DNA from: Nannocystis bainbridge
GTDB lineage: Bacteria; Myxococcota_A; Polyangia; Nannocystales; Nannocystaceae
Reading direction: 5' to 3'
Length of the DNA stretch: 64,000 bases
Assembly (NCBI RefSeq): GCF_028368995.1
Contig: NZ_JAQNDL010000005.1
Location: 192,001 to 256,000, forward strand
The notes under the pieces are model-generated. The model did not search any database. It had not been told where the DNA came from and saw nothing but the letters and a program-made list of their open reading frames with translations. This document shows, piece by piece, positions 10,042 through 21,201 of the stretch (positions are counted from its first letter, which is position 1; each line of letters begins with the position of its first letter). The position numbers and the translations under genes are program-made.

Positions 10042-12099
10042 ATGTTCGACGACGCCGCCGCGACCTACCGCCCGGCCTGGCCGGACCCGCTCAGCCTCTC
10101 GCGCGACGAGCTGGCCGAGCTCGACATGATCTTGCCCGGCGTCATCGTCCTGCCGGTGCTGCACGGGCGGCTCGAGTGCGCGCAGATGGTCCGCCGCGCG
10201 ATCGAGAAGTTCAGCCCGGCGGCGCTCGCCGTCGAGCTGCCGGCGGGCATCGACGCGCTGCTCGCCCGCGCGATCGCCCGTCTCCCGCTGCTCAGCGCGC
10301 TCGAGATCCCAGACGAGGCCCAGCACGGCAAGCCGCAGTACCTCGTGGTCGAGCCGGCCGACCCGCTGATCGAGGCCGTGCGCCGCGGCAGCGAGCTCGG
10401 GATCCCGGTCCATCTCGTCGACCGCGAGATCACCGACTACCCGGCCGCGCGCGACCGCCTGCCAGACGTCGCCGCGGCCGAATCGGTCGGCGCCGCCAAC
10501 TGGCTGCGCGCCGCGCTGGCCGCCGCCTCGATCAGCCCGCGCGCCGCCGCCGACGAGCTGCGCGAGGACTTCATGGCCGGCTCGATCGCCGCGCTCGCGC
10601 TGCGCCAGGACCTGCCCGACGCCCCCGTGCTGGTCGTCTGCGGCCTGCACCACGCGCGCGGCCTGGTCGCGCGCCTCGGCCCGCTGCTGGCCGAGCGCGC
10701 CGCACCGCCGGCCCCGCTGCGCCGGCTCACCAGGCGCGAAGGACATGTCCTTTGGCACCTGTCCGAACAGTCCAGCGGCGAGGTGCTGAGCGAGCCGGCC
10801 TTCATCCACGCCGCCTACGAGCGCAGCCGCGGCAGCGCCCCGCCCGCCGCGCTGAGCCCCGCGAGCGCCGGCGCGGTGCTCGACCTGTTCACCAAGGCGC
10901 GCCAGGCTCCGATCCAGGACCCGTTCCGCACGCCCTCGCCGCCCGATCCGCAGGACGACCGGCCGCGCCTCACCGGGCGCACCGGCCTCTTGCTGGCGAT
11001 CTGCCAGCAGGCGCGGGCGCGCTACCGCGAGCGCACCGGCGGCGATCTCCGGCCCGGCGCGATCCTCCGGCTGCTGCGCTACGCCCACGCCTACGCGCTG
11101 GAAGAGGGGGCGATCGCGCCCGACCTTTATCAGCTCGTGGTCGCCGCGCGCGGCTTCGTCGACGACACCTACGCCCAGGAGGTCTGGGAGGTCGCCACTA
11201 CGTATCCGTGGCAGGCCGTGCGGCCCGACGTGCCGCCGCTCGACCTCTCGCTGCGCGACCTCCACGACCGCGTGCGCACGCTCCACTTCCACCCGAAGCT
11301 CATGCAGCGGCGGCGTCGGTTGATGAAGATCGTGCGGCCGCGAGAGAAGGAGCGGCGCAAGGGCGAGTGGGCCGAACGTTTCAAGGGCGACAGCATCTGC
11401 TCGCACCAGCCCGAGGACCTCGCGCTCGAGCACTACGGCGCGTTCCTGCGCAAGCGCACCGAGCGCGTGCTGTCCGACGCGCACACCCAGGTCGCGCCGT
11501 TCTCGACCAGCCTTTACGACGGCGTCGACGTCCGCGAGACCGTGCGGAACTGGCACCAGGGCAAGATTTACGTCCGCATCGAGCAGCTCGTGCGCGGCAA
11601 GCCCGGCGCGGTCGTGGTGATCTTCGACGACGAGCCGCTGGTGCCCGAGGACGACGAGGTCGAGCCGAAGTTCGGCTGGCACATGACCTGGCAGGGCGAG
11701 CACGAGGACGAGGGCGACATGGCGCTGTACGCCAGCGACCCGTTCGCGCAGCTCGTCGGCCCTGGCATCGGCCGCGCGCTCTACGGCGGGTTCCTCCTCA
11801 ATCGTCCCCCCGGGCAGATGTTCGGGGTGTGGGAAGACCCGCACTTCGGCGACGCGCGCACCAAGTCCGAGGTGCTCTTGCGGGCCGCGCTCGACTACTC
11901 GGCCGAGCGCCTGGTCGTCTACGTCGCGGCCGCGCCGCCGCGCCCGGCCCTGCGCCAGCTCGCGCAGCGCATGGACAAGAAGATCGTCTACGTCCCGCTG
12001 GGGCAGCTGTCCCCGGTGGCGCTCAAGCGCCTGCGGGTGTTTCACGTCTTGAGCGATCGTAACGTGCGGGCGGTCGCGCACCGCTACATCCGCGACTAG
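10042..12099 (+). CDS. Conserved hypothetical partner of the AAA ATPase
   Basis: Starts 15 bp after the ATPase; LAVELP, REDFMA, VLVVCGLHH motifs resemble TraB/DUF5682-like N-termini. Confidence 0.7.
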   Translation: MFDDAAATYRPAWPDPLSLSRDELAELDMILPGVIVLPVLHGRLECAQMVRRAIEKFSPAALAVELPAGIDALLARAIARLPLLSALEIPDEAQHGKPQYLVVEPADPLIEAVRRGSELGIPVHLVDREITDYPAARDRLPDVAAAESVGAANWLRAALAAASISPRAAADELREDFMAGSIAALALRQDLPDAPVLVVCGLHHARGLVARLGPLLAERAAPPAPLRRLTRREGHVLWHLSEQSSGEVLSEPAFIHAAYERSRGSAPPAALSPASAGAVLDLFTKARQAPIQDPFRTPSPPDPQDDRPRLTGRTGLLLAICQQARARYRERTGGDLRPGAILRLLRYAHAYALEEGAIAPDLYQLVVAARGFVDDTYAQEVWEVATTYPWQAVRPDVPPLDLSLRDLHDRVRTLHFHPKLMQRRRRLMKIVRPREKERRKGEWAERFKGDSICSHQPEDLALEHYGAFLRKRTERVLSDAHTQVAPFSTSLYDGVDVRETVRNWHQGKIYVRIEQLVRGKPGAVVVIFDDEPLVPEDDEVEPKFGWHMTWQGEHEDEGDMALYASDPFAQLVGPGIGRALYGGFLLNRPPGQMFGVWEDPHFGDARTKSEVLLRAALDYSAERLVVYVAAAPPRPALRQLAQRMDKKIVYVPLGQLSPVALKRLRVFHVLSDRNVRAVAHRYIRD

Positions 12100-12260
12100 G
12101 CGCACGCGAGGCGGCCGTGCCCCGCGAGCCGCGAGCGCGGACCGATTTGTTGTCACCCGGGCGTGGGTCGGTACCATGCCGCGGGTGGGGCGAGCCGGCG
12201 TGAACACAGGTCGGTCGGCCGGCGTCCCTGCGGCACGCCCCGTACCCTGAGAACCTTCCC

Positions 12261-13073
12261 ATGCGCACTCGTTTCCTCGTCAGCACCCTCGCCCTCACCG
12301 CTCTCGTCGCAGCTCCCGCCTGTGGCGGCGACGACCCGCCCGGCTCCCTCATCGTCCCGTTCAAGATCGGCGCGAACGTCAAGTGCGACGTCCTCGGCGT
12401 CACCGACGTGACCGTCGCCCTCTACAAGTACAACGCCGCCGGCGCCGCGGGCGACCTGATCGACACCGAGGTCGTCGACTGCGAGGACGGCCAGGCCGAG
12501 TTCATGGGCCTCATCGCCGGCCGCTACAACGTCCAGGTCAGCGGCGTCGACGCCGAGGATGTCATCGTCACCGACAACTTCGACAACGACCCGGGTGACA
12601 TCGCCGAGGTCACCTCCGGCGCCGAGAACACCGCCGACGTCGTGACGATGTCGCCGACCCCCGCGAAGATCCTGGTGCGCTGGCTGCTCAACGGCGGCTT
12701 CGGCATGTGCAGCGACGTGCCCATCACCAACTTCAGCGTCGCCACCTACGAGAAGAAGGGCCTGAGCGAGCTGCTCACCTACGACTTCGAGTGCGATCCC
12801 GACGAGCCGTCGATCATGGGCTACAACGCCATCATCGATCCGGGCCGCGAGATCGCCGGCGACGACCTCGACCGCGTCTACATCGACGCGCTCGACGGCA
12901 AGGGCACCAGCCTCGTCACCGCGCCGCTCGAGTTCGTCATGGAGCCGCCGGGCCACGGCCGTACCGTCAAGCTGACCGCCGTCGTCGACTGCACCGTCGA
13001 CCCGTGCACCATCGACTGCGCCGCCGGCAAGGGCGCCGATCCGATGGACCCCACGCTCTGCCTGGCCGACTGA
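12261..13073 (+). CDS. Acidic Cys-containing lipoprotein
   Basis: Signal peptide with lipobox-like AAPAC; strong GC3 bias. Confidence 0.8.
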   Translation: MRTRFLVSTLALTALVAAPACGGDDPPGSLIVPFKIGANVKCDVLGVTDVTVALYKYNAAGAAGDLIDTEVVDCEDGQAEFMGLIAGRYNVQVSGVDAEDVIVTDNFDNDPGDIAEVTSGAENTADVVTMSPTPAKILVRWLLNGGFGMCSDVPITNFSVATYEKKGLSELLTYDFECDPDEPSIMGYNAIIDPGREIAGDDLDRVYIDALDGKGTSLVTAPLEFVMEPPGHGRTVKLTAVVDCTVDPCTIDCAAGKGADPMDPTLCLAD

Positions 13074-13150
13074 CGGCCGCGCACGGCTGCCTCGGCGGCC
13101 CCCGCCTCGGGGGTCCGCCCGCGCTCGCCCCGCTCCTGCGGCGGGCCTTG

Positions 13151-13232
13151 AGGACATAGCTTCGAGGACATGCTCGAACGCGCATGTCCTTTCGAACATG
13201 CGCGTCCAGACATGCTCGAATGCGCATGTCCT
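13151..13232. repeat. 14-bp-period GGACATGTCC-type array
   Basis: Cores at 13155, 13169, 13183, 13197, 13211, 13225. Confidence 0.85.
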
Positions 13233-13292
13233 GAAGCACGAGCGCGCGAAGCTGCGGATCCGCGAAGCGGGGCGCCCGGCAGGCGTCCTGCG

Positions 13293-14165
13293 CTACAGCC
13301 CGCGGGCCCACTCGGGCCGCAGCGTCACCTCGCCCGCGATCGCGCTGTCGATCGTCGCCAGGATCGCCACGCGGTCGCGCGGCAGGCGGCCGCCGATCGC
13401 CAGGTAGTTCGACGCGTGGTTGGTGCGGAACAGCGCGTCGGTCGGTCGGGCCTCGTCGACGATGGTCCGCAGCTCGCGGAGCATCTCGACCACCGACGGC
13501 AGCGCGAAGCGCCCGCGGGTCTGCAGCGTGTGCAGCGGCGTCTTCGGCACCACCGTCGTCGTCAGCGCCGACGCGAACGCCGGGTCCATCGCCGAGATCA
13601 GGCGCGCGGTCGCGGACGCGTGCTCGGCGGCGCGTTCGGTCCCCGCGATCCCGAGCAGTACGATCACGCTGAGCTCGATCCCCGCCGCGCGGGCCCGCTC
13701 CGCCGCCGCCACGTGCTCGGCGAACGTCGAGCCCTTGGCGATCCGCTTCAGCGTCGCGTCGTCGCCCGACTCGGGGCCGATGTAGAGCCGCTTCAGCCCC
13801 GCCTCGCGCAGCGCAGCCAGCTCGTCGGGCGTCTTCTTGAGGATGTTGATCGCGGTCGCGTAGCACGACACCCGCCGCAGCAGCGGGAACCCGCCGTCGG
13901 CCGCCTTGAGGATCGCCAGCCAGCGGTCCATCGGCATCCCGAGCGCGTCGCCGTCGCCGACGAACAGCTTGTCGACGCGGTTGCGAGCGATCGCGGCCGC
14001 GGTGCGCAGATCTTCGAGGCAGGCCTCGACTTCGCGCTCGCGGTAGACCTTGTCGCTGTACATGTCGCAGTAGGTGCAGCGGTTCCACGAGCACCCGACG
14101 GTCGCCTGCAGGATGTACGCATCGGCCTCCGACGGCGGGCGGTAGATCTTGCCTTCGTAGCGCAT
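13293..14165 (-). CDS. Radical SAM protein
   Basis: MRYEGKIYRPPSEA...GCSWNRCTYCDMY, YIGPESGDD, FRTNHASNY. Confidence 0.9.
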   Translation of the reverse strand: MRYEGKIYRPPSEADAYILQATVGCSWNRCTYCDMYSDKVYREREVEACLEDLRTAAAIARNRVDKLFVGDGDALGMPMDRWLAILKAADGGFPLLRRVSCYATAINILKKTPDELAALREAGLKRLYIGPESGDDATLKRIAKGSTFAEHVAAAERARAAGIELSVIVLLGIAGTERAAEHASATARLISAMDPAFASALTTTVVPKTPLHTLQTRGRFALPSVVEMLRELRTIVDEARPTDALFRTNHASNYLAIGGRLPRDRVAILATIDSAIAGEVTLRPEWARGL

Positions 14166-14348
14166 GCGGCGGTTCGTCTCTGGGGCGCACGATAGCCACA
14201 CCCGTGGCGCCGGGATCCGCGCCGCCGGCACGAGCGTCCTCACGCGCACCTGTCCGCGGCCCGCGGGCGGCGCGGGCGCTTTTGCGCGCCGGACTTCGAC
14301 GCCTCGGGCTCCCTGGCCGGCGGCCGTGTATGCTCTCCCGGCCCTCGC

Positions 14349-15359
<1,011 letters not shown>

Positions 15360-15363
15360 TCGC

Positions 15364-16311
15364 TTGGCCTTTTGGAAGCGCAGCGAGAGCCCGACGCCCG
15401 AGCGGCCCGCGCCCGCCGCAGCCGCCGATGATTTATTCGGCGAGGCCTTCCTCGCCAAGCTCGAGCTGTTGCAGGTGATCGCGCGCCGGCTGTTCCGCGG
15501 CAAGCAGCGCGCCGAACGCAAGACCCGCAAGGTCGGCAGCGGCCTCGAGTTCGCCGACCACCGCGAGTACAGCCCCGGCGACGACATCCGCAACCTCGAC
15601 TGGGGCGTGCTCATGCGCCTCGAGCAGACCCTGGTCCGGCTTTATGAAGAGGACGAGGACCTGCCGATCCGGATCGCCGTCGACATCAGCGACTCGATGT
15701 CGACCTCGGGCGGCAGCAAGCTGCGCTACGCCCAGCAGGTCGCCGCCGCGCTGGCCTACGTCGGCCTCGCCAACCTCGACCGCGTCGGCCTGACGTGCAT
15801 GAGCCGCAAGCTGCACACCACCTTGCCGGCGGTGCGCGGCAAGGGCCGGATCTTCCGCGTGTTCGATTTCCTGCGCACGGCCCCGCGCGGCGGCCCGACC
15901 GACATGCGAGCGGCGTGCGGGCGGCTCGCCGCCGAGAGCGCCCAGCCTGGCCTCACCGTCGTCCTCAGCGACTTCTACGACCTCCAGGGCGCGTTCGACG
16001 GCCTCAACCTGCTGCGCTTTCGCAAGCACGAGCCGGTGGCGATCCAGGTCATAGACCCGCGCGAGGCTCACCCCGAGCTCAGCGGCCTGCGCGGCGACGT
16101 CACCCTCGTCGACGTCGAGGGCGGCGACGCCCGCGAGGTCACGCTCAGCCCCGCGGCCCTGCGCGCCTACGGCGACGCCCACGAAAAATTCTGCCAGGCC
16201 CTCGCCGCCAGCTGCCGTAGCCGCGGGATCCCCTACTTCCGCGCCGACACCGACGTCCCGTTCGACGAGCTCGTCCTGCGCATGTTCCGGGTCGGAGGCC
16301 TGCTCCGATGA
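15364..16311 (+). CDS. DUF58 family protein
   Basis: GSGLEFADHREYSPGDDIRNLDW, DISDSM, VLSDF; follows moxR. Confidence 0.92.
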   Translation: MAFWKRSESPTPERPAPAAAADDLFGEAFLAKLELLQVIARRLFRGKQRAERKTRKVGSGLEFADHREYSPGDDIRNLDWGVLMRLEQTLVRLYEEDEDLPIRIAVDISDSMSTSGGSKLRYAQQVAAALAYVGLANLDRVGLTCMSRKLHTTLPAVRGKGRIFRVFDFLRTAPRGGPTDMRAACGRLAAESAQPGLTVVLSDFYDLQGAFDGLNLLRFRKHEPVAIQVIDPREAHPELSGLRGDVTLVDVEGGDAREVTLSPAALRAYGDAHEKFCQALAASCRSRGIPYFRADTDVPFDELVLRMFRVGGLLR

Positions 16312-18323
16312 CCCTGGCCGGCTGGACATGGCCCGAGATCCTCCCGGTGTTCGCCGCCGGGGCCGCCGCGATCACGGCGCTCTACCTCCTGCGCATGCGT
16401 CGGCGCCAGGTCGTGGTCCCGTTCGCCGCGCTGTGGCAGCAGGTCACCCGCGAGAGCGACACCCGCCGCCTGTGGAAGAAGCTGCGGCGGCTGCTCAGCT
16501 GGCTCTTGCAGCTCGTCCTGCTGGCGCTGCTGTGCGCCGCGCTCGGCGACCCGCGGCCCGAGAGCTGGCTGCGCGACCCGCAGACCGTGGCGATCGTCAT
16601 CGACCGCTCGGCCAGCGTCGCTGGTCCGGCCGCCAGCGAGCCCGGGCTCACGCGCCTCGAAGTCCTGCTCCGCCGCGCCCGCGCCGAGATCGCCGGCCTC
16701 GGGCCCACCGATCGCGCGCTCGTCATCACTGCCGGCGCCGAGGTCGAGGTCCCGGGTCCGCTCGGCCGCGACGCCGCCCCGCTCCTGCGCGCCCTCGACG
16801 ACGTCGTCCCCGGCCCCGGCGAGGCCGACCTCGGTCGCGCCCTCGCGCTCGCCCGCGCCGCCCTCACCGGTCAGGCCGGCGGGCGGATCCTCGTCCTCAC
16901 CGACGGCGCCCTCGACGACGCCGCCGCCGACGCCCTCGCCGCCTGCATCTCGGGACATGTCTCTTCCGACAGCCCAGACGCCGCCGCGATCCCGTGCCAG
17001 GTCGCCCGCGCCGGCGGTCCGGCCGACAACCTCGCCCTGGTCGCCTTCGCCGCCCGCCGCTACCCCGGCGACCGCGAGCGCATCGAGGTCCTCGCCGAGG
17101 TCCACAACCTCGGCGACGCTCCGGCCAGCGCCGTGCTCGAGGTCCAGGCTGACGGCCTCGTCGTCGGTCGTCAGGCCGTGCAGCTCGGGCCCGGCGAGCG
17201 ACGGCGCGAGATCTTGCGCGAGCTCGACGCCGCCCGCACCCGGCTCGTCGCCAACCTGTCCCTCGAGCCAGGTGCAGATCCACAGCTGCTCGGCCCGCCC
17301 GACGACGATCGCGCCTACGCCGTGGTCCCGCCGCTGCCGCCGTTCAAGGTCGTGCTCGTCACCGACGGCACCGACCTGTTCCTCGAGGCCGCCCTGCTCA
17401 CCTTGCAGGAGCACATCCAGCTCACCGGCATCGGCCCCGCCGACGCCGCCTCGCACCCTTCGCTGGCCGAGGCCGACCTCGTCATCTTCGATCTCGGCGA
17501 GCGTCCGCTACCCGACCCGCTGCCCGCCGCCGACCTCGTCATCTTCGACCCCGCGCGGATCTCTCCTGACGCTGCCCCGATCCGCGGCGCCGGCGAGCTC
17601 GTGCGGCCCTTCCTCACCGAGCAGCACCGCGAGCACCCGCTGCTCGACGGCGTCGTCCTCAAGGACGTGAACCTCCGCCGCGGCACTCGCCTCGCCACCG
17701 AGCCGGGCGACACCGTGCTGGTGCGCAGCCTCGGCGATCCGCTGGTCGTCCTGCGTCACGAGCTCGGCGGCGACGGTCGGCGCCCGCGGGCCGTGCTCGC
17801 GCTCGGCTTCGACCCGCGTCAGACCGACCTGCCCCTTCGGACAGCCTTCCCGATCCTCGTCGCCAACATCATCGCCTACTTCGAGCAGGCCCGGCCCGGC
17901 TTCGTCGCCAGCGTGCCGGTCGGTCCCAGCCGTCCCGTCGCCGCCGCCGAGATCGGCCTCGGCGCCCAGGGCCTCGGCCAGGTCGAGGTCCGTGGCCCCG
18001 AACCGGCCGAGGTCGCCACGACCGTGCCCGTCGACGCCACCGGCGTGTTTCGCCTGCGCGCCATGCAACCCGGCATCTACCGCGTGCGCGCCGTCGACGG
18101 CGACGCCGCCGGTGCCGAGGTGCTCGTCGCCGTCAACCAGGCCAGCGTCGCCGCCTCCGACCTTCACGATCGACTCGGCGAGCTGTCGCCCGACGTCGTC
18201 GCCGGCGAGGCGAGCGCCCCGGTGCCCGTGCGCGACGAACCGCTGTGGGCCCTGCTGCTGCTCGCGGCGGCCCTGCTCATCGCGCTCGAGTGGGCGGCCT
18301 ACCACCGCCGCGTCACCGTCTAG
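16308..18323 (+). CDS. BatA-N/vWA domain membrane protein
   Basis: BatA-like N-terminus, IDRSAS, LTDG, C-terminal TM ending LEWAAYHRR. Confidence 0.85.
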   Translation: MTLAGWTWPEILPVFAAGAAAITALYLLRMRRRQVVVPFAALWQQVTRESDTRRLWKKLRRLLSWLLQLVLLALLCAALGDPRPESWLRDPQTVAIVIDRSASVAGPAASEPGLTRLEVLLRRARAEIAGLGPTDRALVITAGAEVEVPGPLGRDAAPLLRALDDVVPGPGEADLGRALALARAALTGQAGGRILVLTDGALDDAAADALAACISGHVSSDSPDAAAIPCQVARAGGPADNLALVAFAARRYPGDRERIEVLAEVHNLGDAPASAVLEVQADGLVVGRQAVQLGPGERRREILRELDAARTRLVANLSLEPGADPQLLGPPDDDRAYAVVPPLPPFKVVLVTDGTDLFLEAALLTLQEHIQLTGIGPADAASHPSLAEADLVIFDLGERPLPDPLPAADLVIFDPARISPDAAPIRGAGELVRPFLTEQHREHPLLDGVVLKDVNLRRGTRLATEPGDTVLVRSLGDPLVVLRHELGGDGRRPRAVLALGFDPRQTDLPLRTAFPILVANIIAYFEQARPGFVASVPVGPSRPVAAAEIGLGAQGLGQVEVRGPEPAEVATTVPVDATGVFRLRAMQPGIYRVRAVDGDAAGAEVLVAVNQASVAASDLHDRLGELSPDVVAGEASAPVPVRDEPLWALLLLAAALLIALEWAAYHRRVTV

Positions 18324-18367
18324 CGCCCGCTCTTCGCTGCCGCGGCGAGCCTGCGCGGCCGGCCTGG

Positions 18368-19486
18368 TCACGCCTCCGCGTCCGACAGCTTCTTGCCGAA
18401 ATCGGTGTCGCGGGCGAAGCGGAGCTGATTGAGGAAGAACTGCTCGACCGCCGGCGCGGCGAGGTCGGTCCCTGCCAGGGCGGCCCGGGCGCCCGCCGTG
18501 TCGAACCATAGTTGCAGCGAGAGGTACGGCGTGTAGACCCGCCCGGTCGTCAGGATCCGCTTCAGGCGCCCGAACGCGAACCTGTCGATCCACGGCCGCG
18601 CGCGCACGAACAGGTCGGGCCGCACGAACACCGCCGGCTTGCAGCCGAAGAACCGGCTCGCCGCCGTGGTCAACTGCTCGAGCGTGGCCGCGCGCTCGGG
18701 GCCCGCGCACAGGTGATACGCCTGTCCCGAAGGACCTGTCCGTTTGCGCAGGTGGCAGATCGCCTGGACCACGAAGTCGGACGGCACCACGTCCATCACC
18801 GCGTCGGGCCGCCCGGGCGCCCAGCGGAACCCGCGGGCGAACACCTTGAGCGGCCAGTACAGCACCTTGAAGCTCGACGTCCGGCCGGTGCGCGAGTCGC
18901 CGACGATGATGCTCGGGCGATAGATCGTCACCCGCTGCTCTCCGGCGCGCGCGCGCACCAGCTGCTCCGACTCGAGCTTGGTCTGCTCGTAGCTGTTGTG
19001 GAACGGCTGGCCGACGTCGAGCTCGGTCTCGAGCGCGGTGCCGCGGCGATCGCCGGCCACGTACGCGGTGCCGACGTAGTCGAACGGGCACTCGGCCGCG
19101 TTGGCGAGGTCGAGCATGCGGCGCGTGCCCTCGACGTTGATCGCGCGCGCCTCCGCGAGCGGGAGCGAGAAGCTGACCGAGGCCGCCCCGTGGATCACTC
19201 CCGTCGCGCGGCCGGCCAGCCTGGCCCAGCTCGCGGCGTCGAGCCCGAGGTCGTCGCGCTCGAGGTCGGCGCGCACGATCTCGACCCGTCGCGCCGCGGC
19301 GGCCAGCGCCTCCCCGGTCAGCCGGTCGCGCAGCACCGCGGCGCCGCGGGCCCGCGCCTGCGCCTCGTCGCGCCCGCGCACCAGCAGCGCGAGGCGGGTC
19401 GTCGGCTCCGTGGCGAGCAGGTGATGGACGAGCTCGCGGCCGAGGAAACCAGTGGCGCCGGTGATGACGAGGACGGGATCCGACAT
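18368..19486 (-). CDS. Extended SDR / fatty acyl-CoA reductase-like (NAD_binding_4)
   Basis: ITGATGFLG, IHGAASVSF, YEQTK, RPSIIVGDS. Confidence 0.9.
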   Translation of the reverse strand: MSDPVLVITGATGFLGRELVHHLLATEPTTRLALLVRGRDEAQARARGAAVLRDRLTGEALAAAARRVEIVRADLERDDLGLDAASWARLAGRATGVIHGAASVSFSLPLAEARAINVEGTRRMLDLANAAECPFDYVGTAYVAGDRRGTALETELDVGQPFHNSYEQTKLESEQLVRARAGEQRVTIYRPSIIVGDSRTGRTSSFKVLYWPLKVFARGFRWAPGRPDAVMDVVPSDFVVQAICHLRKRTGPSGQAYHLCAGPERAATLEQLTTAASRFFGCKPAVFVRPDLFVRARPWIDRFAFGRLKRILTTGRVYTPYLSLQLWFDTAGARAALAGTDLAAPAVEQFFLNQLRFARDTDFGKKLSDAEA

Positions 19487-19719
19487 CGCGCGCACGATCG
19501 CCCTCGACGCCGCGAAGGGTCAAGCGGCGCCCGCGCGCGTGGCCGCTCTGCACGCCTGCGTGGCCCCTGGGGGTGCGACGAGGCAGATCCGGCGATCCCG
19601 GCGTCGCCGCCGCCGCGCGCTCGCAGGTCCACCTCCGCCGGCCTCGAACAGCGGCCCACAGGCCCTGAAAGACCGCCCTGTTCGGGCCGGTTCGGGCATA
19701 CTCGGACCGCAGGAGATCC

Positions 19720-21201
19720 GTGAACGACGCCGACGATCCCCTCGCGCTGAACGACGAGATCGCCGCCCTCCGCTACTACGTCGGGGAGTTCACCGAGCGC
19801 GAGGAGACCCCCGCCGCGCTCGCGGCCCTCGAGCGGGTCGAGGCGCGGCTGCACGCCGCCCTGCGCGCCCGCACCGCCATCCTCTCCGACCTCGGGCACG
19901 AGCTGCGCACCCCGCTGAACGCCATCCTCGGCTTTTCGCACCTGTTGCGCGAGGACGTGCTGCTCAGCGCCGAGCAGCGGGCCCACATCGAGGTCATCCA
20001 CCGCAGCGGCGAGCAGCTGCTCACGCTGATCGACGAGCTCACCGGCGGCCACGAGGAGGGCGCCGGCCAGGCCGGCTTCGACCTGCACTATCTGCTGGAT
20101 GACCTCGCGGACATGTTGTGTCTGCGGGCCGCCGGCGCCGAGGTCGCCCTGCGCATCGATCGCGCCACCGACCTGCCGCGCCGCGTCCGCACCGACCAGG
20201 TCCGCCTGCGTCATCTCTTGCTCCTGCTGCTCGGCAACGTGCTCGAGGTCCCGCGCCGCGACCTCATCGTCGTCCGCGTGCGCATCGAGCCGGGCCCCGC
20301 GCCCGCCACCGGTTTGCTCCGCTTCGACATCCGCGCCCCCGGCATCGACCTCGCCGACCTGCGGCTGCGCTCGTTCGTCCGCACCGACGCCGGTTTGCAG
20401 ACCGACGAACCCGGCCGCGGCCCCGAGCTCGCGGTCGCCATCGCCAACCAGCTCGGCGGCGAGTACCACGTCGCGCCCGATCAACTCACCCTCACCTTGC
20501 CGGTCGGGCTCGGGCGCGGCGCCGACGACCCGCGGCGGCCCACGCGCAAGATCCTCGGGATCGCCGGCGGCCAGGAGGCGCCGCGGATCCTCATCGCCGA
20601 GGATCGGTGGCAGAGCCGCCAATTGCTGGTGCAGGCGCTCTCGCGGGTCGGCTTTGAAGTCCGCGAGGCCGCCGACGGGCGCGAGGCCGTGCACTTGTGC
20701 GAGACTTGGCGTCCCCACCTCGTGTGGATGGACATGCGCATGCCCGGAGTCAGCGGCATCGAGGCCACGCAGCAGATCAAGCAGAGCCCGGAGGGCGCCG
20801 ACATCGTGGTCATCGCGTTGACGGCCAGCGCCTTCGAGGCCGACGAGGCGACCGCGCGCGCGGCCGGCTGCGACGACTTCCTGCGCAAGCCGCTGCAGCT
20901 GCATCAGGTGTTCGACAAGCTGAGCGAGCGGCTCGGCGTCACCTATGTCTACGACGACGCCCCGCCGCTGGCGCGCGTCGACGCCACCTCGCTGCACGGA
21001 TTGCCGGCGCCGTGGTTGTCGGCGCTCGAGCAGGCCTGCCTGCAAGCCGACGTGTTCACCATCGCGCGCATGATCGACTTCGTGCGCGGGCAAGCGCCGC
21101 AGGCCGCGACTGTCCTTTCGGACATGCTCGAGCAGTACAACTACGCCGCGATTATCGACCTGACCCGGCACGCGTTACAAGCCGCCGGAGGTGGCCCATG
21201 A
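19720..21201 (+). CDS. Hybrid HisKA-(degenerate HATPase)-REC protein
   Basis: HELRTPLNAILGF; REC ILIAED...WMDMRMPG...FLRKP. Confidence 0.85.
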   Translation: MNDADDPLALNDEIAALRYYVGEFTEREETPAALAALERVEARLHAALRARTAILSDLGHELRTPLNAILGFSHLLREDVLLSAEQRAHIEVIHRSGEQLLTLIDELTGGHEEGAGQAGFDLHYLLDDLADMLCLRAAGAEVALRIDRATDLPRRVRTDQVRLRHLLLLLLGNVLEVPRRDLIVVRVRIEPGPAPATGLLRFDIRAPGIDLADLRLRSFVRTDAGLQTDEPGRGPELAVAIANQLGGEYHVAPDQLTLTLPVGLGRGADDPRRPTRKILGIAGGQEAPRILIAEDRWQSRQLLVQALSRVGFEVREAADGREAVHLCETWRPHLVWMDMRMPGVSGIEATQQIKQSPEGADIVVIALTASAFEADEATARAAGCDDFLRKPLQLHQVFDKLSERLGVTYVYDDAPPLARVDATSLHGLPAPWLSALEQACLQADVFTIARMIDFVRGQAPQAATVLSDMLEQYNYAAIIDLTRHALQAAGGGP

